From: Octopus bimaculoides
Lineage: Eukaryota
Direction of reading: 5' to 3'
NCBI RefSeq assembly: GCF_001194135.2
Contig: NC_068983.1
Coordinates: 145,710,566-145,762,996, forward strand
DNA: 52,431 bases
Position 1 is the stretch's first letter. The number at the start of each line of letters is the position of its first letter. A model generated the notes under the pieces. That model worked only from the letters and a program-made list of their open reading frames with translations, ran no database searches and had not been told where the DNA came from. The position numbers and the translations under genes were made by a program. Of the stretch, positions 49,715 through 52,431 are shown piece by piece.

Positions 49715-49885
49715 GTTTGCTTTTCTACCGGCGTGGAGCTTGCTTCGCAATCATATAGTTTCTGGTTCAGTGCCACTGCGTGGCACCTTGGGCAAGTGTC
49801 TTCTACTATAGCCCCGGACCGATCAAAGTTTTGTGAGTGGATTTGGTAGGCAGAAACTGAAAGAAGCCCGTCGTATATATGGTCG
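49715..49885 (+). mobile_element. SINE family A
   Basis: ttcagtgccactgcgtggcaccttgggcaagtgtcttctactatagcccc...gaaactgaaagaagcccgtcg. Confidence 0.78.
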
Positions 49886-49913
49886 GACCGGCCAAAGCAA
49901 AACAAACAACCTT

Positions 49914-49968
49914 GTATGTGTATGTATGTATGTATGTATGTATGTATGTATGTATGTATGTATGTACG

Positions 49969-50022
<54 letters not shown>
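49914..50022. repeat. (TATG)n(TA)n compound microsatellite
   Basis: Direct reading. Confidence 0.95.
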
Positions 50023-50026
<4 letters not shown>

Positions 50027-50499
50027 TAAATAACAACAGATGAATTATGTGTCAATTCACTACAACCGTTTCCAACGTATTTTTAATTGATTAATGGAGA
50101 CGCTACATCATTAGAAAAAAAACTGTTTTCATCAGGTGAATACATGAAGCACAACATTCAAAAACATTAAAAATTCAACGGGATGTGCATCTTCATGATT
50201 CTATGGCCCTTGCTGGTCATTCATTTATTGTTCACCTCTTTCGGAACCTGCTCCTTGCGTAGATCCGAAGTATATTATGGACCGTACATGAAATGCAATG
50301 TGCGTTTCTTGAATAGCCTCAGGGTTATTGATGTACTCATTCGGGTACAGTTAATCGTATACATAACCTGAATATCTTTCTACCCATACTGTGGTACCCG
50401 CATATATATTCATGTATTTTTGTTGTGTACATATTTTACTTTTCGACCCAACCCGGTGCCTTACCATTTAAGTGCCTGATTTACTTGAATCCTGGTCTA

Positions 50500-50502
50500 T
50501 TA

Positions 50503-50533
<31 letters not shown>

Positions 50534-50563
50534 TTCTCTCTCTCCCCCTCTCTCTCCCTCCCC

Positions 50564-50597
<34 letters not shown>

Positions 50598-50598
50598 A
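50500..50598. repeat. (TCTG)n/(CT)n microsatellite
   Basis: Direct reading. Confidence 0.9.
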
Positions 50599-51904
50599 CA
50601 TTCCATGTTGCTATCTATGCTGCTATTTCTCAAAAGTTGCCAAAGGCATTTCATCCGATGTTCTGTAGCGACAGAGCTATGCGGTATCGCTTAGCAGGCA
50701 TCTCCGATCATCAGTCAGTGAATACTTTTTCGAGGAGATCTTTCCCACCTTCTATAATATTATCTGCCTTATGTATACTCACTTGATCTATCCGTGTAGT
50801 TTGACATTAAAAAATGTCGTCGATGAAATATGATGTAGCTCTGAAAGGCTGTTTGATGCCTTTGCATCTTGTTTCATTTCACTGTTTGCATCACTATTGA
50901 TATGGAAATTTCGAGTGGTTGGTAGTTATCTGGATTTAATAGTAAGCGTCGAATCGAATCGAGTCGTCTTACTGTAAACACATCGTGGATCACTGAATTA
51001 TTGTATGCAAAGAACTCTGAGGACTATATGTTTTTTATCCGGATTTATTCTCCTTGGTTACACGTTCCTTGTTATACACAGGTTATATTCCTATCCAAAC
51101 CTATAACATTCATCATTATATTTTATATTTTCTGAGATTATAGTAACCACGTCAAAGCTTTTCTTTGTGCCATTATTAGTTTTGACACTTAATTTCAAGT
51201 CTTCCATAAAGAACTTTTGCATTAGGCAGTGTTTCTGTCTTTCCCTAAGCCACACATATATTCTTCAGATTTTCAAGGTATTAAAAGGATAAGCGACTCT
51301 TTTCAAATATATATGGCTTTATAGAGAGTTTGTCCCCGTGAAATATATTGCCCCCGCTACTTTATTCTGTCAGAGATAAACAATCACCTCCTGTATTTCT
51401 CTTCAGGATGGTGGCCTAGGACAAGTCAAATTGTCTATGGCCGTGATTTAGGAAAATTTAGCAGGTATAAGGTGCGACAGGGGAACAGAATCGGTTGCTT
51501 TCTTGTAAATAGGTCAGATTCTAACCAAATTCCTAGTATACCGTCTCACGTCTGACGTTATAAATTTATTAATTACCAGCCGTTCATCACGTCTCCCAAC
51601 TTATTTTTTCGCATTTGCTGGCTCCATTGTGATGGATTAGTGTTAGAGTGTTTACATTTATTTATATGCGAGAGTAATTATAACCACTTAAATTTCAGTA
51701 TTCATTTGTATGCGCGTGTGAGTGTGCGTTCTGCGCACGCGCACACACTGTGTTAGAATGCTTTAGTCATCAAGTTAGAAGAATAAATATCATGAAAGAC
51801 AATTGCTACCTTAAAAGTATTTAAAGATCCCGATATTTTGGAATAAGAAATATAACTTTTACGTAGATCTAGTAGAGAAAGAGAGTGATCAAACGAGGGA
51901 GACC

Positions 51905-51905
51905 G

Positions 51906-51963
<58 letters not shown>
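51905..51963. repeat. (GA)n microsatellite
   Basis: Direct reading. Confidence 0.95.
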
Positions 51964-51965
<2 letters not shown>

Positions 51966-52431
51966 AATGACCATCTAGATTGGCACCTTGGCCTTGTGTG
52001 GCTTTGTTGGCATCATAGCTGAATGGCCAAGATGTCAACATCCATTCCGATAGAGAATGAATGAGAAAGATTTTTCCCCAATACCGTTCTGTCCCCATCA
52101 AATCTTCAGGAGAAGATACTAGAAGACACAAACAAAAAGACAATTATTTATAAAATTTTAAACTCAAAAACAAAAAAAGAACAGAAAAAGCAAGCACGGA
52201 AAAGATCGAGAAATGCTTGAGATCTGTATGGCCATATAAAGATTATGTAACTTGGTGGCATAAATTTGCCCATGTGCAAGTTATTTTTCAAAGTGAAGAG
52301 TTAGCGAAACGATTCTCAACGCTAACTCTTAAGACAGAAGAGTTAACAATGATACCGAGTTACCTTGGTCAGAGGGTAACAAGGGTTATCATAAAAAATA
52401 TTCCTCCCACGGTAGACACACTATGGATAAC

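Overview
Eukaryotic, AT-rich, microsatellite-dense scaffold with six sized N gaps. The repeat content and gap style suggest an octopus/cephalopod genome (inference). Positions 423-33896 (+) carry a 19-exon DIDO1/PHF3/pps-family gene. I hand-spliced it: all introns are GT-AG, all phases are consistent, 10,734 nt = 3,577 aa + stop, probably 5'-incomplete. Domain order is PHD, Cys motif, BRK, TFIIS central domain, HLFDLNCKIC motif, SPOC, then a 4.7-kb low-complexity last exon. Introns and the downstream ~16 kb hold RTE LINE fragments, tRNA-type SINEs, mariner/piggyBac/hAT MITEs and a probable Chapaev-like transposase remnant. The most interesting unexplained structure is in intron 8 (12605-13198): a TSD-flanked insertion with a minimal type-I hammerhead ribozyme motif in a long hairpin, a 351-nt unit repeated about 1.3 times, and a 123-bp fold-back. 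This is the architecture expected of a Penelope-type pseudo-LTR or non-LTR retrozyme copied from a circular RNA. A second, atypical hammerhead-like motif lies in intron 17. Also notable: the PHD finger appears to have lost its H3K4me3 cage, the last exon has six D[VQ]DxR motifs, inverted repeat pairs flank exons, and CpG decay differs inside versus downstream of the gene. No database searches or folding software were run; family calls come from motif recognition.
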